Origin: Anaerovoracaceae bacterium
Lineage (GTDB): Bacteria > Bacillota > Clostridia > Peptostreptococcales > Anaerovoracaceae
DNA: 64,000 bases
NCBI GenBank assembly: GCA_045629065.1
Contig: JAZQQK010000034.1
Location: 31,728-95,727 of the forward strand
Direction: 5' to 3'
The position numbers were made by a program, and so were the translations under genes. Below, one piece after another: positions 56,548 to 64,000 of this stretch (its first letter is position 1; every line of letters begins with the position of its first letter). The notes below the pieces were generated by a model that ran no database searches, was not told the origin of the DNA, and saw only the letters and a list, made by a program, of their open reading frames with translations.

Positions 56548-57003
56548 TTATTTTTCTTCAGTAGCCTTAACTTCTTCAACCACTTCTTCAGCTTTAGCTT
56601 CAACAGCTTCTTCTACTTTTGCTTCTGCTTCAGCAACAGGTTCTTCAGCCTTTTTAAGCTTCTTTGGCATAGCTTTCTTTACTGGTTCTTCTTCAACTTC
56701 TTCTTCCTTTTGAGCCCTCTTAGCTGATGGCTTAACAACAGAAGATACAGCCCACTTCATGAATTCTACTTTAACTTTTTCAGTACCAATCTGAACTACG
56801 ATTGAGTCTTCTTTTGTCTTTACAATTTTACCGAAAATACCGCCGATTGTGATGATTTCATCACCAACCTGGAGGTTATTTCTCATATCTTTAACTTCTT
56901 TGTCTTTCTTTCTCTGTGGTCTAATCATTAAGAAATACATAACCACGATTAAAAGAATAAGTGGTAAAAATGACATTAAACTTGATCCTGATCCGCCGCT
57001 CAT
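56548..57003 (-). CDS. yajC: Preprotein translocase subunit YajC with a ~60-aa charged C-terminal tail
   Basis: TM plus MIRPQRKK and the YajC core, followed by an E/A/K/V-rich tail. 151 aa. Confidence 0.85.
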   Translation of the reverse strand: MSGGSGSSLMSFLPLILLIVVMYFLMIRPQRKKDKEVKDMRNNLQVGDEIITIGGIFGKIVKTKEDSIVVQIGTEKVKVEFMKWAVSSVVKPSAKRAQKEEEVEEEPVKKAMPKKLKKAEEPVAEAEAKVEEAVEAKAEEVVEEVKATEEK

Positions 57004-57040
57004 ATTTATCTCCTCTCGAGTTTGAAAATTATTAACTAAA

Positions 57041-57127
57041 TGGTGCCGGCGATGGGATTTGAACCCATACCCTGTCGCCAGGACGGGATTTTGAGTCCCG
57101 CACGTCTGCCAGTTCCATCACGCCGGC
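57041..57127 (-). tRNA. tRNA-Leu (anticodon CAA), CCA-encoded
   Basis: Reverse complement GCCGGCGTGATGGAACTGGCAGACGTGCGGGACTCAAAATCCCGTCCTGGCGACAGGGTATGGGTTCAAATCCCATCGCCGGCACCA. It has a 7-bp acceptor stem, anticodon loop CTCAAAA, a long variable arm CCTG-GCGA-CAGG and a T-arm ATGGG-TTCAAAT-CCCAT. Confidence 0.95.
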
Positions 57128-57146
57128 TTAATACCGTAATGTAAGC

Positions 57147-57175
57147 ATTTTAGCATAATAAACTGACGATTTCAA
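57147..57175 (-). promoter_or_regulatory. Sigma-A promoter (extended -10) for tRNA-Leu
   Basis: Minus strand: TTGAAA (57170-57175), 17-nt spacer, TGCTAAAAT (-10 at 57147-57152), about 19 nt upstream of the tRNA 5' end. Confidence 0.65.
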
Positions 57176-57182
57176 TATTTTT

Positions 57183-58832
57183 TTAATTATTGGACTCGCC
57201 ATTATTGTTTGAAATAATACGTTTCCACGACCAAGTGCTGATGTTTTTATAATAATTGTTCCACATAGGTAGTTTTTCGGCTTCGAAAGTATCTACACCT
57301 ACAAGGGACATTTTTTTATAACAAATCGGCACATAAACATTCATATCTAAAAGACTTTTTTTCAGTTCATCAAAATATGTTTGATATTCTTCAACTGTGT
57401 AAAATCTATCAAGATTTCTGGCAAGCGTTAATAGATTATAATCATAGTAATACCAAGGATTATCGCCACTAAATAAGAATCTCAAATCATACTCTTCAGC
57501 TATCGAATAACCTGTGATTAGTATATCAAAATTTCTTATGCTTAGAGCATAATCATACTCCTCTTTACTGAGTAAATTGATCTCAGAATCAATGCCACAA
57601 GCATCTAACTGTTTCTTAATCAGTTTTGCGGCAGATACTCTCGATGAGTTATTTCTATTTACAACTATGTTAAGCTTTACCGTTTTGCCATACTTGTTTT
57701 CTAAATATCTGTCTTCGTTAGTGTCTTCATAACCTAAATCTTTAAGTGATGACACTCCAATGTCAGCTTGTGCGCTAGTATTAGCTAAAGTTTCTTTGGA
57801 AGAATAGAAATTAGGATAATATATAGTATCTGTGAGAATGCCATCATTCATGTAGGCATCGCTTAAAATTGCATTAAAGTCAATTATGTCTACTATAGCT
57901 TTTCTAAACTCTTTTGAGTTAGTAAATTCACTATTAGAGGCATTAAAAACTAAGAAATCAACGGAATTTAAAGGTATATCGAAAGCTTTAGCATTTAAAT
58001 CTATTGCGGTTGATTTTCGCATTTGACTATCATCCAGATAGCAAACAACATTATTAATCTTTAATAAGTTCGAAGCTAAATTTCTATCAGGAACAATATT
58101 AAATACAATAGTGTTTTCGGCTTTTTCTCCCCAATAGTATTCATTCGGGATTAAAGAAAGATCATTATATTCATCATAATCGCCATACTTATATTGGCCA
58201 GTTCCCATAGGTTTTGCGGATTTTGCTCCGGCAAGCGTATAAGCTCCATAAGACTTGGATTTAAATATTGGGAAAGTTAGATCATCTAAAGAACATTGAT
58301 AATTATTGTTGAACCAAATAGCAAGATTTCCTGCATAATTTACATAGTATTGCGTGATCTTGCTTACTTTATCGTAATAAATTGAATTGTATCCAGCTGC
58401 TCGAATAGTTGTAATAGCGTTTATTACATCTTGATTTGTTAATTGTGATCCATCACTAAAATAAATATCATCTCTAAGCACGATTTCTATACCTGCCCTG
58501 TCTGTATTACAAGTATATTCTTTTACCAGTGAAGGCACAGCCTGCATGTTTTCGTTGTAAGTAAAAAGCGAATCATAAACAAGTTTTGATATGTTAAACA
58601 TGTCCTCGCTTTTTGAAATTGCCGGATTTAATGTGTCAATGGTTTCAGAAGCTAGGTAGATTGTATTCTGGGTCTCGTATTCAATTAGAGAATCTGGATT
58701 GACTACTTCTTCTTTATAAATTTCTACAATAGCAATGACAGTAGTTGTAACAAGTGCAACTATTAGAAGAATTATCCAGTATTTACCTAAGAATTGTGAT
58801 ATTTTGTTTTTTCTATTTCTCTCTACTATCAA
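57183..58832 (-). CDS. Family-5 (peptide/nickel type) ABC substrate-binding protein with an N-terminal TM anchor
   Basis: 549 aa. DTLNPA...LVYDSLFTYNENMQAVPSLVKEY...FSDGSQLT is typical of SBP_bac_5. There are no adjacent permease or ATPase genes. Confidence 0.7.
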   Translation of the reverse strand: MIVERNRKNKISQFLGKYWIILLIVALVTTTVIAIVEIYKEEVVNPDSLIEYETQNTIYLASETIDTLNPAISKSEDMFNISKLVYDSLFTYNENMQAVPSLVKEYTCNTDRAGIEIVLRDDIYFSDGSQLTNQDVINAITTIRAAGYNSIYYDKVSKITQYYVNYAGNLAIWFNNNYQCSLDDLTFPIFKSKSYGAYTLAGAKSAKPMGTGQYKYGDYDEYNDLSLIPNEYYWGEKAENTIVFNIVPDRNLASNLLKINNVVCYLDDSQMRKSTAIDLNAKAFDIPLNSVDFLVFNASNSEFTNSKEFRKAIVDIIDFNAILSDAYMNDGILTDTIYYPNFYSSKETLANTSAQADIGVSSLKDLGYEDTNEDRYLENKYGKTVKLNIVVNRNNSSRVSAAKLIKKQLDACGIDSEINLLSKEEYDYALSIRNFDILITGYSIAEEYDLRFLFSGDNPWYYYDYNLLTLARNLDRFYTVEEYQTYFDELKKSLLDMNVYVPICYKKMSLVGVDTFEAEKLPMWNNYYKNISTWSWKRIISNNNGESNN

Positions 58833-58833
58833 A

Positions 58834-59424
58834 TTAATCCTCTAATAATTTATCGATTTGTTTGTACAAATAATCTAAGTCTTGAGAATTATCAATTACC
58901 TTATCGGCCAATTGTGTTTTCTCCAGCTCTGACATCTGATTCTTCATTCTACCAATGATTTCTTCTCTAGTAGAATTATCTCTAAGCATAATTCTTTTAA
59001 GTTTAGTTTCAAGGTCACATGTAACCAGCCATGTTTCATCACAAAGTGAATTAACATTACATTCATACAGTAAAGGTGCATCAATGATTAAGATTCCGTC
59101 TGTACCCTTTTCTTTTGCGATTTTAACAATGTTTTTTACTTTTTCAACAACTATATCAGTTGTAATCTTTTGCAGTTCAAATAGCTTATTTGAATCGTTA
59201 AATACAATATTTGCTAAGGCCTTTCTATCAAGTTCGCCATTTGAATCAAACACTGAAAGGCCAAAAACTCTCCTGATTTCCGGGAGAGCTTCGCCGTCTT
59301 TTTTGGTTAAGTTTCTGGACATCTCATCGCAGTCTACAATTTCAATTCCTTTTTCTTTAAGATAATTTGAAACCGTACTTTTCCCTGAGCCTATTCCACC
59401 TGTTAATCCTACAATTTTTATCAT
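58834..59424 (-). CDS. coaE: Dephospho-CoA kinase
   Basis: GLTGGIGSGKST P-loop. 196 aa, downstream of polA as usual. Confidence 0.9.
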   Translation of the reverse strand: MIKIVGLTGGIGSGKSTVSNYLKEKGIEIVDCDEMSRNLTKKDGEALPEIRRVFGLSVFDSNGELDRKALANIVFNDSNKLFELQKITTDIVVEKVKNIVKIAKEKGTDGILIIDAPLLYECNVNSLCDETWLVTCDLETKLKRIMLRDNSTREEIIGRMKNQMSELEKTQLADKVIDNSQDLDYLYKQIDKLLED

Positions 59425-62066
59425 TTTAAATCGTACCAGTTTTTAGCAGAATTCATAGCAACCTCAAGTTTTACGCTAAGCTTGAGTGCATTTTCCATAT
59501 TGCGTTTTAATAATTCTTCTATCTTTTCTTTATCTTCAAGTTTTGCGTTTATAATCAGTTCATCATGAACTTGTAAAATCAGCTTAGAATCAGGGAATCT
59601 CTCTTTAAGCTCATTATACACATTGATCATTGCAATTTTGATGATGTCAGCAGCTGAACCTTGAATTGGAGAATTCATCGCTAATCTTTCACCTAACTGT
59701 CTAACCATAAATTGACTAGAATTAATCTCCGGAATAGCACGTTTACGGCCTGAAATTGTAGTCGAATGACCTGTTGCTTTTGCTAAAGCTTTTTGTTCAT
59801 CCATGTATTTTGCAACTTTAGGATGCTTAATAAAATATTCACTAATATACTTTTCGGCATCAGAACGTGTAATGCTGAGCTCTGATGACAAACCAAAACT
59901 GGACATTCCATAGATGACACCAAAGTTTACTGCTTTTGCACGGCTTCTATCTAAAGAAGTAACCTGATCTACAGGAATGCCAAGAACTTTGGATGCGGTC
60001 AGTCTGTGAATATCTTCACCTTTATTAAAAGCATCAATTAACCCTTCATCCTGTGCCAAATGAGCTAAAACTCTAAGTTCAATTTGAGAATAGTCTGCTC
60101 CAATCAAAATATATCCCTCATCAGCATAGAACGCGTTTCTAAGTTTACGTCCTAACTCTTGCCTTACGGGTATGTTTTGAAGGTTTGGTTCTGTACAACT
60201 AATTCTACCAGTAGTAGTTACTGTCTGCTGGAAGTGTGCGTGAACCTTTCCATCCGAAGCAATCAAAGGTATCATGCCTTCTACATATGTTGAATCAAGT
60301 TTTGTTAAATTTCTATATTCTAAAATTAAAGGAATGATAGGATGATCATCTTTTAATTTTTCCAATATTTCAGCAGAGGTGCTATAGCCAGTTTTAGTCT
60401 TCTTTTGAGCCTTCAAACCGAGCTTTTCAAAGAGGATTTCGCCTAGTTGTTGGGTTGACTTGATATTGAACTTTTCGCCAGCCAAATCGCATATTTTAGC
60501 TTCGAGTTCATTGATTTTAGCTTTTAACTCTATGCCAAAATCAGTTAAGAATTTCGAATCAACTTTTATTCCGGAAAGCTCAAGAGACGCCATGACTTCT
60601 ACAAGCGGCAACTCAACATTGTAATAAACATTCTCTAATTCTTCACTAGCTAGTTCTTTCTTTTGTAAGTCCTTAAGTTTAAAGACACATGAGTTTAATA
60701 ATACCGAATAGTCGCAGTATTTTCCTGAGTCATCAGAAAACATATCAATCTGGTCACTGCCTATATATTCATTTTCACTAGGAAGTGCTACCATCATTCT
60801 CTCTAAAGCAATAGTTTTCAGGTCATATTTAGACTTAGAGACATCTAAAACATATTCTGCAATCTGAGTATCAAAGTTCACTTTAAATGAATTATAACCA
60901 TAATACATCAATGGATATAATTCATTTTTTAAATCATGGCCGATTAGCTTTAAATTCAGAGAGTTTAATTTGCTAATAAGCTCGTTTATAAAGGATTCTG
61001 GTTTAGAAACATATACTGAATCATTATTATTTCCAATAAATAATCCATCAATGGATGGCTTTGAAATATGCGAACAATCGCTGAATAACTTGAGATATAC
61101 TTCTTTGTCCTTAAAACAATCTAATGTGCTTAATTCAGCAACATTTTTTAAGATAGTTTTTTTAGATTCGATTGTCGTAAGTTCTTTTTGCTCAGAATCA
61201 TTGACTTTAAGTTTGGACAGGAAACTCTTGAACTCAAGTTTAGTATATAGTTCAATTAACTCTTTATAATTAGGTTCTCCAAATTTGTAATCTTCAAAAT
61301 TAATCTCAATAGGCGCAAATCTATTAATAGTAGCAAGTCTTTTTGACATAACTGCTAGCTGTGAATTCTCTTCTACTTTAGTTCTGAGTCCATTTTTTTT
61401 AATATCAGCAGTATTAGCAAGCATATTTTCAATAGAACCGAACTGAGTTAAGAGTTCAATACCACCCTTTTCACCAATTCCAGGAATCCCAGGAATATTA
61501 TCAGAAGAATCGCCCATGATTCCTTTTAAATCGATGAATTGTAATGGCGTTAAATTATATCTTTCCTGCATTTTAGCGTGGTCATATATTTCAAAATCCG
61601 TGACTCCACGCTTAGTGATTAATACGTTTGTTGTCTCGCTCACAAGTTGTAGAGCATCTTTATCACCAGTTACTATCAATGGTAAAAGTCCATTTTCATC
61701 TCCAACCCTAGCAATAGTACCAATTAAGTCATCCGCTTCATAGCCTTCAAGTTCGACAGTTTTTATGTTCATTGCATGTAAAATGTCTTTTAAAATTGGC
61801 ATTTCCATTGCAAGCTCAGGTGGCATTGGCTTTCTACCAGCTTTATACTCAGCATATTCTAAATGTCTAAAAGTAGGAGCTTTGAGGTCAAAGCATACTG
61901 CCATATATCCTGGTTCATAATCCTGCTCGATCTTTTGTAACATATTCAAAAAGCCAAAAATACCCTGAGTATAGATTCCCTCTTTGGTAATCATGGCTCT
62001 CTGCATAGCAAAATATGCACGATTTATTAAACTGTTTCCATCAATAACAACAAGTCTATTTTTCAT
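59421..62066 (-). CDS. polA: DNA polymerase I
   Basis: 5'-nuclease domain, a degenerate 3'-5' exonuclease-like region, and polymerase motifs DYSQIELR and QVHDEL. 881 aa. Confidence 0.97.
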   Translation of the reverse strand: MKNRLVVIDGNSLINRAYFAMQRAMITKEGIYTQGIFGFLNMLQKIEQDYEPGYMAVCFDLKAPTFRHLEYAEYKAGRKPMPPELAMEMPILKDILHAMNIKTVELEGYEADDLIGTIARVGDENGLLPLIVTGDKDALQLVSETTNVLITKRGVTDFEIYDHAKMQERYNLTPLQFIDLKGIMGDSSDNIPGIPGIGEKGGIELLTQFGSIENMLANTADIKKNGLRTKVEENSQLAVMSKRLATINRFAPIEINFEDYKFGEPNYKELIELYTKLEFKSFLSKLKVNDSEQKELTTIESKKTILKNVAELSTLDCFKDKEVYLKLFSDCSHISKPSIDGLFIGNNNDSVYVSKPESFINELISKLNSLNLKLIGHDLKNELYPLMYYGYNSFKVNFDTQIAEYVLDVSKSKYDLKTIALERMMVALPSENEYIGSDQIDMFSDDSGKYCDYSVLLNSCVFKLKDLQKKELASEELENVYYNVELPLVEVMASLELSGIKVDSKFLTDFGIELKAKINELEAKICDLAGEKFNIKSTQQLGEILFEKLGLKAQKKTKTGYSTSAEILEKLKDDHPIIPLILEYRNLTKLDSTYVEGMIPLIASDGKVHAHFQQTVTTTGRISCTEPNLQNIPVRQELGRKLRNAFYADEGYILIGADYSQIELRVLAHLAQDEGLIDAFNKGEDIHRLTASKVLGIPVDQVTSLDRSRAKAVNFGVIYGMSSFGLSSELSITRSDAEKYISEYFIKHPKVAKYMDEQKALAKATGHSTTISGRKRAIPEINSSQFMVRQLGERLAMNSPIQGSAADIIKIAMINVYNELKERFPDSKLILQVHDELIINAKLEDKEKIEELLKRNMENALKLSVKLEVAMNSAKNWYDLK

Positions 62067-62074
62067 TAAAATAC

Positions 62075-63679
62075 CTATGCAATCATTTTAAGTGCTGTAA
62101 CAATCGCAATAACTACACCAACTATAGATTCTCCACCTAACAAACCTGAAGCAATAATAGTGCCCTTTGATTCCTTTTCGAAGTTAGGTCTGAATTTATC
62201 AATAAAGAATCTAATAACGCCACCGAGGAAAGCAGTTGCGCTTAAATAGAATGGTAAATAAACTCCGAGTCCTAAAGTAATAACCGGGAAGTTTACAAAA
62301 TATAGAATAACCGCCAAAATCAATCCAAGAGCAAAAGCGTGTGTATTTGAAATTCCACCTACCATTGCAGCAACTGCAGCAGATTGTGCAGCCGGGAACA
62401 TTTCGGAGCCAAAGCAAGTTCCACCGTAAGCTTCAAGGATAAGAATAAGAATTACTACAGACACAATTCCGCCGATGAGTCCACCGATAACTTCAGCTAT
62501 CCACTGAGATTTAGCGTTAGTCTTAAGTATGTGTCCAGCCTTGAAGTCATTCATTACATCGCCCACAAGTCCACATGCGATAGCAACAACAGCTGCTACA
62601 TAGAATGCTTCTGTTTCACCTAAGTTAGAAACAGATTTTGCGGCCAAAAGTATGATAATGCCGAAAATTTCCATTGGGTTGATACCGGACTGTCCTACAC
62701 ATTGCGCAGACATTGAAGTTGCAAGCCATGTTCCAAGAATAGTAACAATTGATGCAACAATTCCCATATGACATAAGTCTGTTAAAACCCATGCAAGGAA
62801 AATCATAAGAGCTGGAGCCCATCTCATGTCGATAAAACTATCTCCAAGTTGGTTCTTTGAGAACATGGAGCCAAATATGTCTTTGGCTTTTGGTAAAATA
62901 CCTTTAATTAAAATACCAATACCAGTACCTACCATGAGTCCTAGACCTAAAGACTGTTTAATAGTCAAAGCAACTTCTGAAGTCCAGAGTCCTGCCTCAG
63001 TGCCGCCAAGTAAAATACCAAAATCACCGATTAAAGCACCGAGGAACCATACTCCACAAACTACAGGTCCAATGATATAACCAACTGACATAAGCATTGG
63101 AGAATACCAAATGCCACAGTTCGAACCATATGCTAACATCTTTTTTGAAAGAGAAACTGAAGGAATTTTACCAAGTGAATCTCTAAAGAAAGTAAATACA
63201 GCAGAAATACCTAATCCACCAAAAAGTAGACCGGCTTTCTTTTTATCCTTATCTCCTATTTCAAGAGTTACTGCAGCTGCTTCACCCATTGCATATGGTA
63301 ATTCTTTTGCTTCGATAAAATATTTTCTGAAGAGTGCTGTGAATATTAAGCCTAAAATTACGCCAGCTAATGTGACAATAATCAATTCTTTTACATTAAC
63401 ATCAGCTTCAGGATTTAATATCCAAATGCCAGGAATTGTAAATGCAAGTCCTCCTGCAACCATTGCACCAGCAGACATAGCAGTTTGTGTAACATTGATT
63501 TCGTGCAAATTAGTATTACCAAATGCTTTCAAAGAAAACATGGAGACTAATACAACGAACATTATAGGCCATGGAACAGTACTCGTCTTCAATGCGACAA
63601 ACATTGAACTAGCTGTTAAAACAATGGAACCGAGAGCACCAATAATCATGCCTCTAAGTGTTAATTGCTTTTCATTCAT
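62075..63679 (-). CDS. OPT-family oligopeptide transporter
   Basis: 534-aa polytopic membrane protein with an OPT-like N-terminus (LTLRGMIIGALGSIVLTASSMFVALK). Confidence 0.8.
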   Translation of the reverse strand: MNEKQLTLRGMIIGALGSIVLTASSMFVALKTSTVPWPIMFVVLVSMFSLKAFGNTNLHEINVTQTAMSAGAMVAGGLAFTIPGIWILNPEADVNVKELIIVTLAGVILGLIFTALFRKYFIEAKELPYAMGEAAAVTLEIGDKDKKKAGLLFGGLGISAVFTFFRDSLGKIPSVSLSKKMLAYGSNCGIWYSPMLMSVGYIIGPVVCGVWFLGALIGDFGILLGGTEAGLWTSEVALTIKQSLGLGLMVGTGIGILIKGILPKAKDIFGSMFSKNQLGDSFIDMRWAPALMIFLAWVLTDLCHMGIVASIVTILGTWLATSMSAQCVGQSGINPMEIFGIIILLAAKSVSNLGETEAFYVAAVVAIACGLVGDVMNDFKAGHILKTNAKSQWIAEVIGGLIGGIVSVVILILILEAYGGTCFGSEMFPAAQSAAVAAMVGGISNTHAFALGLILAVILYFVNFPVITLGLGVYLPFYLSATAFLGGVIRFFIDKFRPNFEKESKGTIIASGLLGGESIVGVVIAIVTALKMIA

Positions 63680-63693
63680 GTCGTACCTCGATA

Positions 63694-63737
63694 ATAAAAA
63701 ATCCCAGAATATCGTCTTTGGACGCTAGACCAGGATT
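63694..63737 (-). terminator. Terminator-like structure after yebC, immediately before the OPT gene
   Basis: Minus-strand AAUCCUGG...CUGGGAUU (8 bp including 2 G-U pairs) enclosing an inner CGUC-CAAA-GACG hairpin, followed by UUUUUU. The OPT SD and start follow within ~15 nt. Confidence 0.5.
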
Positions 63738-63760
63738 ATTTTAAAAGTTAGTTAAATTTA

Positions 63761-64000
63761 CTAGTCTTCGTAAAGGTCAACTGCACAGTTTGTGTATACG
63801 TTCTGTACATCTTCGTTGTCCTCTAAGATACTGATCATCTTCTTAAGATTGTTTAAATCCTGATCTTTTGGAGTAGTTTCCATTGAAGGAAGTTTTTCAA
63901 TATCTGCGGAAACGAAAGTGTAACCTTTGTCACTCATTGCTTTGTGAACATCAGCAAACGTTGAAGGATCTGTATAAATTTCAAATGAATCATCATTTGC
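63761..64000 (-). CDS. YebC/PmpR-family transcriptional regulator, C-terminal fragment (gene continues beyond the window)
   Basis: My own translation of the minus strand gives ...FEIYTDPSTFADVHKAMSDKGYTFVSADIEKLPS...LKKMISILEDNEDVQNVYTNCAVDLYED*. This ORF is not in the supplied track. Confidence 0.8.
   Translation of the reverse strand, partial: ANDDSFEIYTDPSTFADVHKAMSDKGYTFVSADIEKLPSMETTPKDQDLNNLKKMISILEDNEDVQNVYTNCAVDLYED

Noticed and set aside
1-64000. Search for CRISPR arrays, IS elements or transposases, rRNA, riboswitches and T-boxes, and interrupted genes (frameshifts, internal stops, selenocysteine).
   Set aside because: No spaced direct-repeat arrays and no transposase-like ORFs were seen. 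Intergenic regions are too short (mostly under 40 nt; the six longer ones are accounted for by promoters and terminators). All large genes are intact single ORFs. This was a by-eye search, so short or degenerate elements could have been missed.

Overview
This is 64 kb of a low-GC Firmicutes/Clostridia-type chromosome, made up almost entirely of core housekeeping genes. Positions 1-12.4 kb form a plus-strand block: recA; rplU-rpmA-obg; a radical-SAM/DUF2344 pair; comEA; mnmA; alaS-ireB-ruvX; and a DedA-like gene. From 12.6 kb to the end, nearly every gene is on the minus strand, in very compact strings with gaps of at most 37 nt and many stop/start overlaps. The first string is a NuoE/NuoF-like redox operon followed by asp23-nusB-xseAB-ispA-dxs-tlyA-mutSL-miaA-recombinase-ynbB and then an SOS-controlled LysM gene. 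The second is secDF-rel-dtd-hisS-aspS-nadD-yqeK-rsfS-leuS-rnj...pepP', followed by efp and mltG-trmR-U32. The third is polA-coaE, a family-5 binding protein, tRNA-Leu(CAA) and yajC. I recognised no rRNA, CRISPR array, IS element or prophage.

The best candidate for an undescribed system is a low-GC two-gene cassette at 39.1-40.4 kb, wedged inside the rnj-efp housekeeping string next to an N-terminally truncated M24 peptidase. It pairs a DUF3990-like protein carrying PARP-like H-Y-E motifs with an overlapping XRE-HTH partner.

Other notable items:
- a triple LexA-box promoter in front of a YneA-like LysM gene
- a Stn/Bfu-type NuoE/NuoF/GltD-fusion operon
- a MiaA lacking its insertion domain
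- a DUF896-MnmA fusion
- an L21 with a HeH-like tail
- four aaRS genes with no room for T-box leaders

All product calls rest on motif and family recognition by eye. No database search, HMM or folding calculation was run.
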